IMG/VR virus record: IMGVR_UViG_3300032893_000069
Coordinates: 1-50,097 of that record
Strand: one strand, 5' to 3'
DNA from: a virus
Lineage: Duplodnaviria; Caudoviricetes
Length of the DNA stretch: 50,097 nt
The notes under the pieces were generated by a model. The model did no database searches. It was not told the origin of the DNA and saw only the letters and a list, made by a program, of their open reading frames with translations. Both the position numbers and the translations under genes were made by a program. Below are positions 18,023 to 28,104 of the stretch, in pieces. The number at the start of each line of letters is the position of its first letter. Position 1 is the first letter of the stretch.

Positions 18023-18829
18023 ATGGCGGGAATAGCAAATCCAGTCTTGGCCATGCAAAATCCGAACTACGCTGCCCTTCTGCCGAACCGCAACCCCACT
18101 GGCGGCGCGGGAGCACCTACGGCGTCTACAGTGCCTTCCATCGGTTCCAGCAGCGGAGCGAACCCCGTGCTGCCTGCTACTAATATTCCCAGCGGAGCGC
18201 CGGCAACAAACGCCTACGACCCTACCAGCGTAATCCCTTCGTTCGGTGCGAACTCTGGACCGTACACGTCAACGAATTTGGCAAGCAGCGGATCGGGCGG
18301 AGCATCCCCTGTTGGCAGTTTTGCGAATCTCTCACCCAGCCAGATTGCGAGCGCACAGCGCGACCTCAACCGGACCTACGGTGAAGGGCTTGGGAACATG
18401 ATTATGTCGTTCTTGCAGGGCGGCGCGGGATTCAACCAGCAGGCTATCAATAACCTGTTCGCGGCCTTGCAGCCGGGAATCAACCGGGGCGAGGAAGATT
18501 TAATGCAGCAGTTCTCCACCAGCGGGAACCGCTTTAGCAGTGGAGCACAAATCGGGTTGGCCGATTATCTGTCTCAGGTGAACCTTAACGAAGGGCAGAT
18601 TGAAGCACAGATGTATGAAACATCGGTGCAAGACTACATCAATACGCTGATGGATGTAGCGAACAAGAACATGAACCGGAAGGCCGCTGAACCAAGCCTT
18701 TTTGAAAAAATAGTTAGCCCCCTTGTTGATATTACGGGTGGCGGCGGAGGCGGCGGGTCAAGCAGTGGCGGAGGCGGTGGGATAGGGCAATCGCTGATGG
18801 AAATTGTAAGCAGCTTGGCTCTGGCATAG
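18023..18829 (+). CDS. ejection / internal virion protein (putative)
   Basis: Gly/Ser/Gln-rich; QQFSTSGNRFSSG; hydrophobic Gly-rich tail; follows the tail genes. Confidence 0.55.
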   Translation: MAGIANPVLAMQNPNYAALLPNRNPTGGAGAPTASTVPSIGSSSGANPVLPATNIPSGAPATNAYDPTSVIPSFGANSGPYTSTNLASSGSGGASPVGSFANLSPSQIASAQRDLNRTYGEGLGNMIMSFLQGGAGFNQQAINNLFAALQPGINRGEEDLMQQFSTSGNRFSSGAQIGLADYLSQVNLNEGQIEAQMYETSVQDYINTLMDVANKNMNRKAAEPSLFEKIVSPLVDITGGGGGGGSSSGGGGGIGQSLMEIVSSLALA

Positions 18830-18833
18830 GATT

Positions 18834-20618
18834 ATGGAAACACAGGCACAGGTACCACAAGTCGGCGGAATGACCACACCTTCTTTTTCGGGTGCTCCAG
18901 TTCCGGGTGTGCCTGCTGCACAGCAGGACCCGAACGCGAAAGCACAGCAGATTCTTGAGATGTTGAAGCAGGTTGCGCAGCGCAAGCAGGTGGCAAATAC
19001 CGCTGTCCCATCCGCAATCCCGGCAGGTGGCGATATGCAGGCCGCACGCAGTCTTGGCATGAATACCGCATGGCCTAGCGCGTGGAGCCACACGCGGGCG
19101 CTAGCGATGATTGGTGCTGGAATCAAGAATGCGGTGAAACAGCAAAAAGAAAATCAACTGCTCAAGGCGGAAGGCGACTGGACTTATTTGCAATCTTCGC
19201 TGAACGAACTTTATTCCGCACAACAGAGCGGCGACCCGGAAGCAATCAAGGCGGCACAGGCAAAAGTGGATGTTACACTGACCGACCCGAAGAAGCTAAA
19301 GAACATGGCGAAGGCGCTGAACCAAGACTGGCTCAACCCGGAAAAGACCACGGTGTACGGCGAGGCGCTGAAAAAGGTTACGGCGAAGCAGCAGCAGGCC
19401 GATGCGCAGAACCAGCAGAAGCAGGTGGCGGCACAGAAGCTCAAGCAGATGTTTATGAAGGTGCTTGGCGAGAAACAGAAGTTGCAACTCTCGCTGGACG
19501 AACAGAAGCGCATGGCTGCGGAGATCCAGGCGAAGGCTCCGACGACGCAGGGCGCACTTGACCCGAAGGTTGCTGCGGAGACGATGCGGGCAGAAGCGGA
19601 GTTGATTAAGGCGGTAAAGTCCAGTCCTGAAAAGTATAAATTCCAAGCTGTTAAGGACAAGGATGGTAGCGAAAAAATTGTTGCGCTCGATCAGACGGAC
19701 CCGACAAAGCCTTACATTGAAGTTAAGTCATCTTCCGGTGAAAAGGTTACGCCGGGGGGCAAGCATTACCAAAACGAAGGGAAATTGGAAATTGTAAATG
19801 GCATCCCCACTGGCCGTGTGATGCACGGCGGGCAATATATCAGGCCGGGGCAATCGGGCTACACCCCAGACGATAAGGCGGCTGTTGACCTTGCCATGAA
19901 TGCGCAGGGCTTGGGAGACAAAGAAAAGGAAAAACTGGCTTCTATTCGCGGCGCTTCGTATGCGGCCTCGCGTGCGGCCAACACTCCCATCGCTGTCACG
20001 GACAATGAAACCGGGGAGTCCACTTATGCAACCATGCTGGACGTGGCGCGAAATCCCAGCAAGTACGTAGCTCCTGGAGAATCTGAGAAGATCGCAGCGC
20101 GTGATTCCGTGCATCGCAGTTTGACCGCAAACTTTGGCGCACTTGGCAAGGACTTGGACAAACTGCCAAACGGCCTCGACACAGAGACGCAGGCGACAGT
20201 TGCTCTCGCCTTGCGCAGCGACAACCCCGGAGTGTTGGAAACGCTTTTGGTGAACAAAGTGAAGCAGGGAGCACCTGATGAAGTGCTTCGCTACATCACC
20301 GACATGAAGGCGATGCAGGAAGATATTCTTGTGCTTCGCAACGTTGGCGGCATGGGACAGGGTTCCGACATGATGCGCGCAGCCATGATGAGATTGATTC
20401 CCGGCCCCGGCTCCAGTTCTGTCAAGGAAGCAAAGATGCAGATGGAAGCGGCGCAGCGCACGTCTGAGAGTTTGTTCAAGGGACGGCCCGAAGCGAAGTT
20501 TTCCAACAAGGATGGCGACGCTGCTGGCGGCATGGAAACAAAGACTTACAATGGCGCGGTGTATCAGCGGAAGAAGGGTTCCAACGATCCGTGGACTTTG
20601 CAGCCTAAGCCTAAATAA
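18834..20618 (+). CDS. ejection / internal virion protein (putative)
   Basis: 594 aa, Ala/Gln/Lys-rich, helical, no Cys. Confidence 0.55.
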   Translation: METQAQVPQVGGMTTPSFSGAPVPGVPAAQQDPNAKAQQILEMLKQVAQRKQVANTAVPSAIPAGGDMQAARSLGMNTAWPSAWSHTRALAMIGAGIKNAVKQQKENQLLKAEGDWTYLQSSLNELYSAQQSGDPEAIKAAQAKVDVTLTDPKKLKNMAKALNQDWLNPEKTTVYGEALKKVTAKQQQADAQNQQKQVAAQKLKQMFMKVLGEKQKLQLSLDEQKRMAAEIQAKAPTTQGALDPKVAAETMRAEAELIKAVKSSPEKYKFQAVKDKDGSEKIVALDQTDPTKPYIEVKSSSGEKVTPGGKHYQNEGKLEIVNGIPTGRVMHGGQYIRPGQSGYTPDDKAAVDLAMNAQGLGDKEKEKLASIRGASYAASRAANTPIAVTDNETGESTYATMLDVARNPSKYVAPGESEKIAARDSVHRSLTANFGALGKDLDKLPNGLDTETQATVALALRSDNPGVLETLLVNKVKQGAPDEVLRYITDMKAMQEDILVLRNVGGMGQGSDMMRAAMMRLIPGPGSSSVKEAKMQMEAAQRTSESLFKGRPEAKFSNKDGDAAGGMETKTYNGAVYQRKKGSNDPWTLQPKPK

Positions 20619-22517
20619 ATGCCGAACGATACTCCCAAGACGCTGCCGCCTGACTTCTTTCAGAAGCAGGCTACGGAAACGCCGCAAACGCTTCCACCGG
20701 ACTTTTTTTCTTCAAAAGCAGCAGCAGTTGAAACACCTGACCCGACAAAACCCGACCCCACGGCAACTGGGTTAATGAAAGAGTACGATTCAAAAGTAGC
20801 GACGCCTTACAGAATGGAGCAATGGCTACCCATACCTGGGTTAATGGGTGGGCCGCATCCTAATCCGACGCAAGCACAAGAAGATTACGTCAATAAGCGA
20901 TTGCCGATGGTGGACCCATACATTCATGGCGTTCGCAGGAACGTGGCTGAACTTGCTGGTGGGATGGCGGGCGGAGAATTTTTCGCAGGAGCATCCAAAG
21001 GATTGCCGTGGCTCATGCGGTTGCTCGCTTCTTCGTCGGGAGCTGGTGCCGGTATGGGAGTAGGTGGTCTGGTTACTGGAGAAAAACCTAAAGAAGCACT
21101 GCATGATGCTGCCGTTGGAACGCTATTCACTGGCGCTGCGGAAGGCGCAACTGCTGGAGTTTTGAAAGCAACAGAAAAAGTGGCTGGGTCTAAACTCGTT
21201 AAGGAAGTTTTGAAAAGCAAGGTAACCCAGTTAGAGGAAAAACACGCAGCGGAAGCCGCGCAAATCAAGGCCGACTACGATAAAGAACTGGCCGCCCATC
21301 AAGAAGAAGTGTCTAAAATTCAGAAAGTAAACGAACAGAAGATGGCGGAGCACCAAGAGAGATTAAACCGAATTGAGCAACGCTATCAAAAGAAAGTTGC
21401 GGAGCATCAGGCAAAGGTGCAAGAAGCAGACTTGGAATACAAAAAGCGCGTCGAAGAACACAAGCAAAAGGTTGCCGACGTAAAACGAGACTATGCGCAA
21501 AAATTGGCACAGCATGAGAAGGCAACTAAGGATGTGTCTGTAAAACAATCGCAAGCGCAAGCAAAGCAGGGGTTGGCCTTAGAGCATCAAAATGAAATGG
21601 CTGGACTGGTCAAAGAAAATCTGGAACTTACCAAAGAGAAAATCAACAAAGAACTTGGTGCGGAATTTGATGCAGTGAACGACGCAGTACAAAAAAGAAA
21701 TCCAACGGTCAAGGTTGCCAATGCGGAGCGCGAAGCGCGTGGCCATCTTTACAATCCCGACAGCGTGGCAGCGTTCAACAATATAATGGAGAATGTGTCA
21801 GGGAAGTTGAAAATGACCGACTTCGGTATTCTACGTAAAGCATATTCTAATTTGAATGAAATCCTCTATGGAAACAGGGAATTGCCTCCCGATCTTTATC
21901 AAGCGGTGAAAGTCGTTAGAGACTCACTCGGCAAGGACTTGCAGGCGGCGGCGAATAAAGTTGGGCTTGGCGGGAAATATAGCAAGGTGATGGCCGATTA
22001 CGGAGATTTTAAGGATGTGTGGGATGATACTTCCGCAATCGCTAAAGGTGGTTCGCCCATCCGAAAAGTTCTTGACGCAAAAGATCCCGCTTATGTGATT
22101 GACCAATTCAAGGGAAAAGCGGGGGACCGTTTAGTAGATGACATCGGGAAGTATGCAAAATATGGAGGGGACAAGGCCCTCGCTGGTCAGCTAAAAGGCT
22201 TTATTGAAAAAGTGGAATCGTTTCCATCCACTGCGCCGGAATTGCCGAAAGCGCCATCCCGTCCGTCGTTTCCTAAAGAGCCGGAACGGGGCGCAGCACC
22301 GAAAGCACCAGAGGCTCCGTATAAGCCAAAAGCGCCAACACTTAGGGATATACCAAAGGCTCCAGAACCTCCGCAACTCACGCCATTTGACCGTGAAGCG
22401 GTGGCACGGGCGATTCTTGCAGACCGTATCAAGAAAGCGATTATGTACGGCGGCGCGGCGGCGGGCGGCGGATATTTGTACGAACTTCTGGGGAAAAAAA
22501 CTCCCCCTGTACCCTAA
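20619..22517 (+). CDS. ejection / internal virion protein (putative)
   Basis: Duplicated TLPPDFF motif, Gly-zipper hydrophobic segments, long coiled coil, Pro-rich tail. Confidence 0.55.
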   Translation: MPNDTPKTLPPDFFQKQATETPQTLPPDFFSSKAAAVETPDPTKPDPTATGLMKEYDSKVATPYRMEQWLPIPGLMGGPHPNPTQAQEDYVNKRLPMVDPYIHGVRRNVAELAGGMAGGEFFAGASKGLPWLMRLLASSSGAGAGMGVGGLVTGEKPKEALHDAAVGTLFTGAAEGATAGVLKATEKVAGSKLVKEVLKSKVTQLEEKHAAEAAQIKADYDKELAAHQEEVSKIQKVNEQKMAEHQERLNRIEQRYQKKVAEHQAKVQEADLEYKKRVEEHKQKVADVKRDYAQKLAQHEKATKDVSVKQSQAQAKQGLALEHQNEMAGLVKENLELTKEKINKELGAEFDAVNDAVQKRNPTVKVANAEREARGHLYNPDSVAAFNNIMENVSGKLKMTDFGILRKAYSNLNEILYGNRELPPDLYQAVKVVRDSLGKDLQAAANKVGLGGKYSKVMADYGDFKDVWDDTSAIAKGGSPIRKVLDAKDPAYVIDQFKGKAGDRLVDDIGKYAKYGGDKALAGQLKGFIEKVESFPSTAPELPKAPSRPSFPKEPERGAAPKAPEAPYKPKAPTLRDIPKAPEPPQLTPFDREAVARAILADRIKKAIMYGGAAAGGGYLYELLGKKTPPVP

Positions 22518-22614
22518 CTTTGTGGTACGTTAAGGTCTGCATGCGGTAAGGTTGAGTGAACTGGGCAGCGGGGTACGATGGCGACCGTGCCCCGCGAAAT
22601 TTTAGGAGGAAACG

Positions 22615-22851
22615 ATGGGCTACTACGGACGTATGGCAGAAGCGAAAGCTGACTGCATGGCAGCGGATATTCAGATTGACGGAAACGATCCCAGCAACAC
22701 CAGTCCGGTGCTGAAAGGCTCCTCGACGGCGGGTATGGCGCCGATGCAGGGTGAGAACAAGTTCTCCCACTCGCGGACGCGGCCCAACTGGAAGGCACGC
22801 GGCGAGGTGCGGCGCACGTTCCCAACCGAAGGGGTTGGTCCGGTAAAGTAA
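22615..22851 (+). CDS. hypothetical 78-aa protein
   Basis: Strong AGGAGG SD; preceded by GC hairpin at 22568-22595. Confidence 0.6.
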   Translation: MGYYGRMAEAKADCMAADIQIDGNDPSNTSPVLKGSSTAGMAPMQGENKFSHSRTRPNWKARGEVRRTFPTEGVGPVK

Positions 22852-22858
22852 ATCTCTT

Positions 22859-24142
22859 GTGCGCATCTGCTTCATTTCTCGCTGGAATGAGGGCGGATGG
22901 TTCGCTTGGCTCTGTAAGCAAGCGGGCCATGACGTTATGCTTGTCGTTGAGGACGACCATTACGCCAAAGCCCTCTCCGGCCTAATTGATGCAAAGCCGT
23001 CTCCCGGAAACGCAGCCGACTACGATCTCATTGTTTACGACACCAGCGGTCTTGGTGAAGATGCAGACGAATCCCGCCTGATTACCCCCACCATCGGTGG
23101 CAGCAAACTAGCAGACACTCTTGAACATGATCGCGTAGCGGGCCTTGAATTTATGGAACGCTGCGGCATTCGTGTGCCTCCGTGGGAGCACTTCACGGAC
23201 GTTGCTGACGGCATCAGATATATCAAGCAAAGAAAACGGCCTGTAGTTTTTAAGCCTTGCGGGGATGGAGCCGATACATCATGCACCTACGTATCAACGT
23301 CGGCGGAAGACATGCTCCAGTACATCGACGTGCTCTACCGGAAGAATCCGCAGAAGGAATTTGTACTGCAAGAAGTTGTGAAGGGGACCGAAGTTTCCGT
23401 AGAGATGTGGATGAACGAGAGCGGCTTCTACGCTGTCAACATGACACTGGAAGCGAAGAAGCTCATGGCAGGCAATATTGGCCCTGCTACCGGATGCGCC
23501 GGGAATGTGTTGTGGATGGCGGGGCTTGGTGAGCCAACCGTATTCCAGCGTGGATTAAAAAAGGCGTTTGAGCCGCTGAGGGAACTTGGCTACGTCGGGA
23601 TGATTGACTTGAATTCAATCGTCACCGACGAAGATGTGTTTGGGCTTGAATGGACGCCGCGTTTTGGCTACGAAGGAACATGCAATCTGACGCGCCTTCT
23701 ACCGATAGACTTTGGGGAATTCATGGGGCGCATCGCTGAAAACGCACCCATGCCAACGCTCACGCCGAAAGAAGCGTTCTGCTCCTCCATCCGAATCGGC
23801 ATCCCTCCTTACCCGCTATCCGAACTGCCTAAAAAACTTTACCGAGAGGGCGTTCCAATCGAAGGATTATCTCCTGATAAGTTAGAGCATTTCTTCGCCA
23901 GAGACGTTCGCTTGGAAGAAAATAATGAGGACCGACTTGAAACGGCGGGCGTGGACGGTTGGATCGGGTCCGTGCTCGCTGTGGGACCAACGCTACACAA
24001 TTCATTCTCGGCTGCAACCGACATGGTGAAGGCGCTAAAAATTCCAGACATGATGTACCGAAACGATCTTGAACCCAATTTCGTGAAAAGGTATCTTGAA
24101 CTCAGAGACGGTGGTTGGCTCAGGACAAGCTACGGAACATGA
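22859..24142 (+). CDS. PurD-like ATP-grasp ligase
   Basis: LEHDR, VVFKP, QEVVKGTEVS, KKLMAGNIGPATGCAG and LEWTPRFGY correspond to GAR synthetase motifs. Confidence 0.8.
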   Translation: MRICFISRWNEGGWFAWLCKQAGHDVMLVVEDDHYAKALSGLIDAKPSPGNAADYDLIVYDTSGLGEDADESRLITPTIGGSKLADTLEHDRVAGLEFMERCGIRVPPWEHFTDVADGIRYIKQRKRPVVFKPCGDGADTSCTYVSTSAEDMLQYIDVLYRKNPQKEFVLQEVVKGTEVSVEMWMNESGFYAVNMTLEAKKLMAGNIGPATGCAGNVLWMAGLGEPTVFQRGLKKAFEPLRELGYVGMIDLNSIVTDEDVFGLEWTPRFGYEGTCNLTRLLPIDFGEFMGRIAENAPMPTLTPKEAFCSSIRIGIPPYPLSELPKKLYREGVPIEGLSPDKLEHFFARDVRLEENNEDRLETAGVDGWIGSVLAVGPTLHNSFSAATDMVKALKIPDMMYRNDLEPNFVKRYLELRDGGWLRTSYGT

Positions 24143-24237
24143 TGCCGGACGCGATTGACGACTCCGAACTTATCCTCCAGCAAGACGAAGGCGCGGAGAG
24201 CGATAGCATTCCCGAGATGGAAGAAGAGGACGACTGA
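24139..24237 (+). CDS. 32-aa acidic peptide (not in ORF track)
   Basis: MMPDAIDDSELILQQDEGAESDSIPEMEEEDD; ATGA overlap with the ATP-grasp stop. Confidence 0.45.
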   Translation: MMPDAIDDSELILQQDEGAESDSIPEMEEEDD

Positions 24238-24281
24238 CTTTTCCCATTGAAAGACGGTCCCATTACTACTAGTATTGGAGC

Positions 24282-27200
24282 ATGTGGCGTCCACTTTATC
24301 TCGCCCTAGCCCTCCTACTGTTGTGCCCCTTAGCCTTTTGTCAGACCACAGCCGTTTCCGGGACGATCACTGACGCCAGTGGGCAGGCGTGGTTTGGTGG
24401 AACCTACTCAGTTTCTTTCAAGCCTTCACCTTCAAACCCTTTTGGGCCGTACTATTACCAAGGTGCGCCGTTCAACACGTTCCAGAGCTATCATGGCTCG
24501 CTCAACGGCTCAGCGGCCTACAGCCAATCGCTGCCCAGCAACACAGCGATTAAGCCGGCTGGTTCGACTTGGGTGTTCACTTTTTGTCCGCTTGCCAGTT
24601 CGACGTGCTACACGATGCCGCAAGGCATCACCGTAACCGGGGCTACGCAAACGTACTCGCCAACGCCTCCCGGCATCAGCATCAGTCTGATCCTCCCGTT
24701 TGAGGGACCTGTCCGCGCATACTCTGATTCGGAAATTTCAGCGGCAGCGATTGGGTCCATCTACTACAACCTCGTTTCGTCCATCTCCCGGCAATGCACA
24801 GCGGTCAACACTGCTAATCAGGCGTGCACGGCATGGCAGAACATCGGGGGAAGCTCTAGCACGGGACAGGTTACGGCTTCCGCCACGGCGGAGCAATTTG
24901 GTGCGAGTCCGTCCGCTTCCGCATCCACCAACACGGCAGCAATTCAGAGTGCGCTAAATGTGGGCGGCACGGACACTTTATCCACCTGCGGGACCTACCA
25001 GGTCAACGCCCCGCTGGTGATTAGCAGCAATACGCGCTTTATTGTCGCGCCGTGCGTGGAACTCTTCCAGGCGAACGGCACCAACAACAATATGATCGTG
25101 AGCCATGCGTTCACGCAGCGCGGCTACCTGTCTGGAACCTTCACGTATGTTTCTGGAGCAAGCGGTTGTCCAGCGAACACCACGCAATATGTGGCTTTCA
25201 TCAACGGCAACGGTGTGGGTGGCCACGGGACAATCTCAATTAACAACAGCGGCGTCCCCACGGGGAACGTCACGCTCGACAATCCGGGTGCGTACTACAG
25301 CAGCACCACACCGACCACAGCGGCGATCTACAACTCCAGCGGCACCTACGCCTGCGGCAGCACGGCAACGCAGACAAACCCTGCGACGTTCTCTGGCGGG
25401 ACCGTGGTTAACCCGACTACGCCCGTTACTCTCACGTGGAGTGCGTCCACTCCCGAGCAGGTCACAGTCAACTGCGGCGCTGCAATCGCCCCATGCTCCA
25501 CGTTCTACAATGGCGGAAACACGCTGGCGCAGCAAGCGTACTCCACAATTTCTAACGCTTACCCTTCCGCGCTGAATTGCACCTGTTTGGTCGAGACAGT
25601 TCCATCCAGCAGCAGCTACACCTACCGGCTACGCCGCAACCCGATTTTCACCACGCAGACGACTGCTGCTTCCGTGACAAGCAATGTGGCGACACTGACA
25701 GCAGGAAGTAACCCGCAACTGCTTGGCTTCGCGGCAGGGCAATCTATCTCAGTGACCGGATTCAGCGGGAGCGATACCTACTTCAATGGGACGTACACGA
25801 TCTCCACGGTCACTTCGACGCAGATCACTTACGCGCTGACGCACGCCAACGGCAGCGCGACCACCAACGGCGTCGTTGCCCTAAACGGTGTCACTACGGA
25901 CCACGGCGGCTCTGTTGTCGCCATGCAAGCGGACCAAAATATCATCATCGAAGGCGGACAGTGGGACTACAACGGGCCAAACAATAGCTCGGCAAACGGC
26001 TACACCATCGGGTCCACCATCGTAATGTTTGCGGCGCAGAACGTGGAAATCCGCGACATCAATTTCATCCAGCCCAAGTACAACACTGTCCTATTCGGCG
26101 CGGTTTCCGACTTCCACCTGCACGATCTTACGGATGAGGGTAGCGGTGCCGTGCAGTTTTTCGAGTGCCAGGGACCTTGCTACAACGGCGAAGTTGACCA
26201 CATCACTTCAACCGGATGGGATGATGGGATGTCTATGTTGACGCGCATCTCTTCCGGCTATTACTCAAACGTCATTCTGTCCTATGGTGACGTGCAAAAC
26301 TCTGGCTTCCGCCACATCAATCGGCTCAATCCAAACAACGTCAATTCGGGTGCCACCGGCGAAGTGATGTTCTACGGCAGCCAGTTTGAATACATGGGCG
26401 GCGTCTATGCGCGGGACATCGGCGGATCTCCAAGTTTGCAGGGTGGAGCGGGGGGAACAAATGACGTGGCGTGCGTCGGAGTGGCATCACTTTTTCCCAA
26501 CACCACGATTGATACCGTAGACATTGAAAACGTGAACGGTTCCTGCACTTGGCAGGTGCGCATTGCTGCGACTTCGCCCGACACCACGAAGGTCAATCAC
26601 CTTACGGTAAAAAACGTCACCTGCAATCCGCAGCAAAGTTCTGGCGGCGAAGGCGAAGAGTGCATTCAGTTCACGGGCTATGTGACTATCGGCAAAGTCG
26701 AAATTGAAAAGCTCACGTACACCAGCACCTCGCACGCGGTTGGCAGCGTCCCCGTAATCGAGTCTGGAGCGAACATTCAAGAAATGGATGTGACTGATGC
26801 GAACGTGCAGCCTTCTGGCATAGGCGCTCCCATTACGTTCATTCAAATCAACGGAATCCCCGGCGTCAGTTCCCAGATCGTCAAACTAAACATCTCGCGC
26901 CTTATGATGGGGCCAACCTTCATAACGCCTGCCGTGGTGGTTGACGGGTCGCTAGAAAACACGGCAATGATCACGATTATCAAGGACAGCACGTTCAACG
27001 CTTACGAGGCGGTTCTGTTGAACACAACCGCCACTGCGGTAAACCGCACCTACATACTGCGTGACAACACCATGACCGGAATGGTCAATGGTGCAGTGGA
27101 CATTGGTCCGGCTGGCGGCACAATAAACGTATACAGCAGCGGCAACTCCATGAGTGGAACGGCATACGTGGCCCCGGCGCTCAACACCTGCGGAACACTT

Positions 27201-28097
27201 TGCACGGTAAATCTCTATGATGGTGGCGAACGTGGATCGTGGACCTACAGCAATGCGGGGGTGGCGGTATTCACATCCGTAGCTAACGCATCTGGTGGGC
27301 ATACCACGTACACGGGAACCGTGAGCGTATGTCCTGCCGTGGGCATCTTGGTCAACATTTCTGGATTTTCTACTTCCGCCAATAACGGCTACTTCCCGTT
27401 TGTTTCCTGCGTTCCTGGGGTTGGCAGTGGAACGATGACGGTTTCCAACTCAAGCGGTGTAAGCGAAACAGCTTCCGCTTCTGCCGCTTTTGCGCTGGTC
27501 AACATGATTCCACCGGGACCGTGCCAGGGTGCTCCCGCAATTTTTGGAACGGGATTCAACACTGGGACCGTCACTGGCCCAAGTCCCTGCGCGTTCAAGA
27601 TCACTGTGGGGAGTGTTAGCCCTGGCAATAGCGCAGACCTTGCGATGCCGTGGTACGCGCAGAATGGATGGAATTGTGCGGTATCGAATTTAACAAACTT
27701 TTCACGCGCTATCTTTCAAACTTTTTCCAGCGTCAACACGGCCAGCTTTAGCAGTCAGCAGCAAACACTCAATTCTACATATGCCGGAGGCAGCCAAGCC
27801 ATCTCCAGCATCGCTGCCTCAAGCGGTGGGGTAGCGGTTTACACGTTCACTTCGACTCCCGCGAATATCGCAGTCAATTCGATAGTGGTGGTCAACGGCG
27901 CGGTGAACAATGCGAACAACGGCGCGTACATCGTAACGGCGGTGAATCTCGGGGCAAAAACGGTGACGCTGGCTAACAACGCCGCTGTAATTGAAGGCAG
28001 TTCCACGGCCACTGCGTTTGCGCTTTTCGGTACGACTTGGGCCAATCAAAACTTTACGAACGGGGACCAGTTGCTTTTCCAATGCTCGTTTTACTGA
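24282..28097 (+). CDS. tailspike-like protein with signal peptide and beta-helix region
   Basis: MWRPLYLALALLLLCPLAFC|Q; AEQFGA...NTAAIQSAL...GTY pectate-lyase-like start; FCCH-like beta repeats. Confidence 0.7.
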   Translation: MWRPLYLALALLLLCPLAFCQTTAVSGTITDASGQAWFGGTYSVSFKPSPSNPFGPYYYQGAPFNTFQSYHGSLNGSAAYSQSLPSNTAIKPAGSTWVFTFCPLASSTCYTMPQGITVTGATQTYSPTPPGISISLILPFEGPVRAYSDSEISAAAIGSIYYNLVSSISRQCTAVNTANQACTAWQNIGGSSSTGQVTASATAEQFGASPSASASTNTAAIQSALNVGGTDTLSTCGTYQVNAPLVISSNTRFIVAPCVELFQANGTNNNMIVSHAFTQRGYLSGTFTYVSGASGCPANTTQYVAFINGNGVGGHGTISINNSGVPTGNVTLDNPGAYYSSTTPTTAAIYNSSGTYACGSTATQTNPATFSGGTVVNPTTPVTLTWSASTPEQVTVNCGAAIAPCSTFYNGGNTLAQQAYSTISNAYPSALNCTCLVETVPSSSSYTYRLRRNPIFTTQTTAASVTSNVATLTAGSNPQLLGFAAGQSISVTGFSGSDTYFNGTYTISTVTSTQITYALTHANGSATTNGVVALNGVTTDHGGSVVAMQADQNIIIEGGQWDYNGPNNSSANGYTIGSTIVMFAAQNVEIRDINFIQPKYNTVLFGAVSDFHLHDLTDEGSGAVQFFECQGPCYNGEVDHITSTGWDDGMSMLTRISSGYYSNVILSYGDVQNSGFRHINRLNPNNVNSGATGEVMFYGSQFEYMGGVYARDIGGSPSLQGGAGGTNDVACVGVASLFPNTTIDTVDIENVNGSCTWQVRIAATSPDTTKVNHLTVKNVTCNPQQSSGGEGEECIQFTGYVTIGKVEIEKLTYTSTSHAVGSVPVIESGANIQEMDVTDANVQPSGIGAPITFIQINGIPGVSSQIVKLNISRLMMGPTFITPAVVVDGSLENTAMITIIKDSTFNAYEAVLLNTTATAVNRTYILRDNTMTGMVNGAVDIGPAGGTINVYSSGNSMSGTAYVAPALNTCGTLCTVNLYDGGERGSWTYSNAGVAVFTSVANASGGHTTYTGTVSVCPAVGILVNISGFSTSANNGYFPFVSCVPGVGSGTMTVSNSSGVSETASASAAFALVNMIPPGPCQGAPAIFGTGFNTGTVTGPSPCAFKITVGSVSPGNSADLAMPWYAQNGWNCAVSNLTNFSRAIFQTFSSVNTASFSSQQQTLNSTYAGGSQAISSIAASSGGVAVYTFTSTPANIAVNSIVVVNGAVNNANNGAYIVTAVNLGAKTVTLANNAAVIEGSSTATAFALFGTTWANQNFTNGDQLLFQCSFY

Positions 28098-28104
28098 GGT
28101 AATT

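Noticed and set aside
22859-24142. Calling the gene purD (purine auxiliary metabolic gene)
   Set aside because: Substrate-side motifs diverge, no other pur genes are present and the context is structural, so the symbol is withheld
27991-28104. Upstream-extended starts in the ORF track (27991; likewise 13553, 31627, 37783, 43886)
   Set aside because: They overlap upstream genes; downstream starts have SD or stop-start coupling and expose the signal peptides
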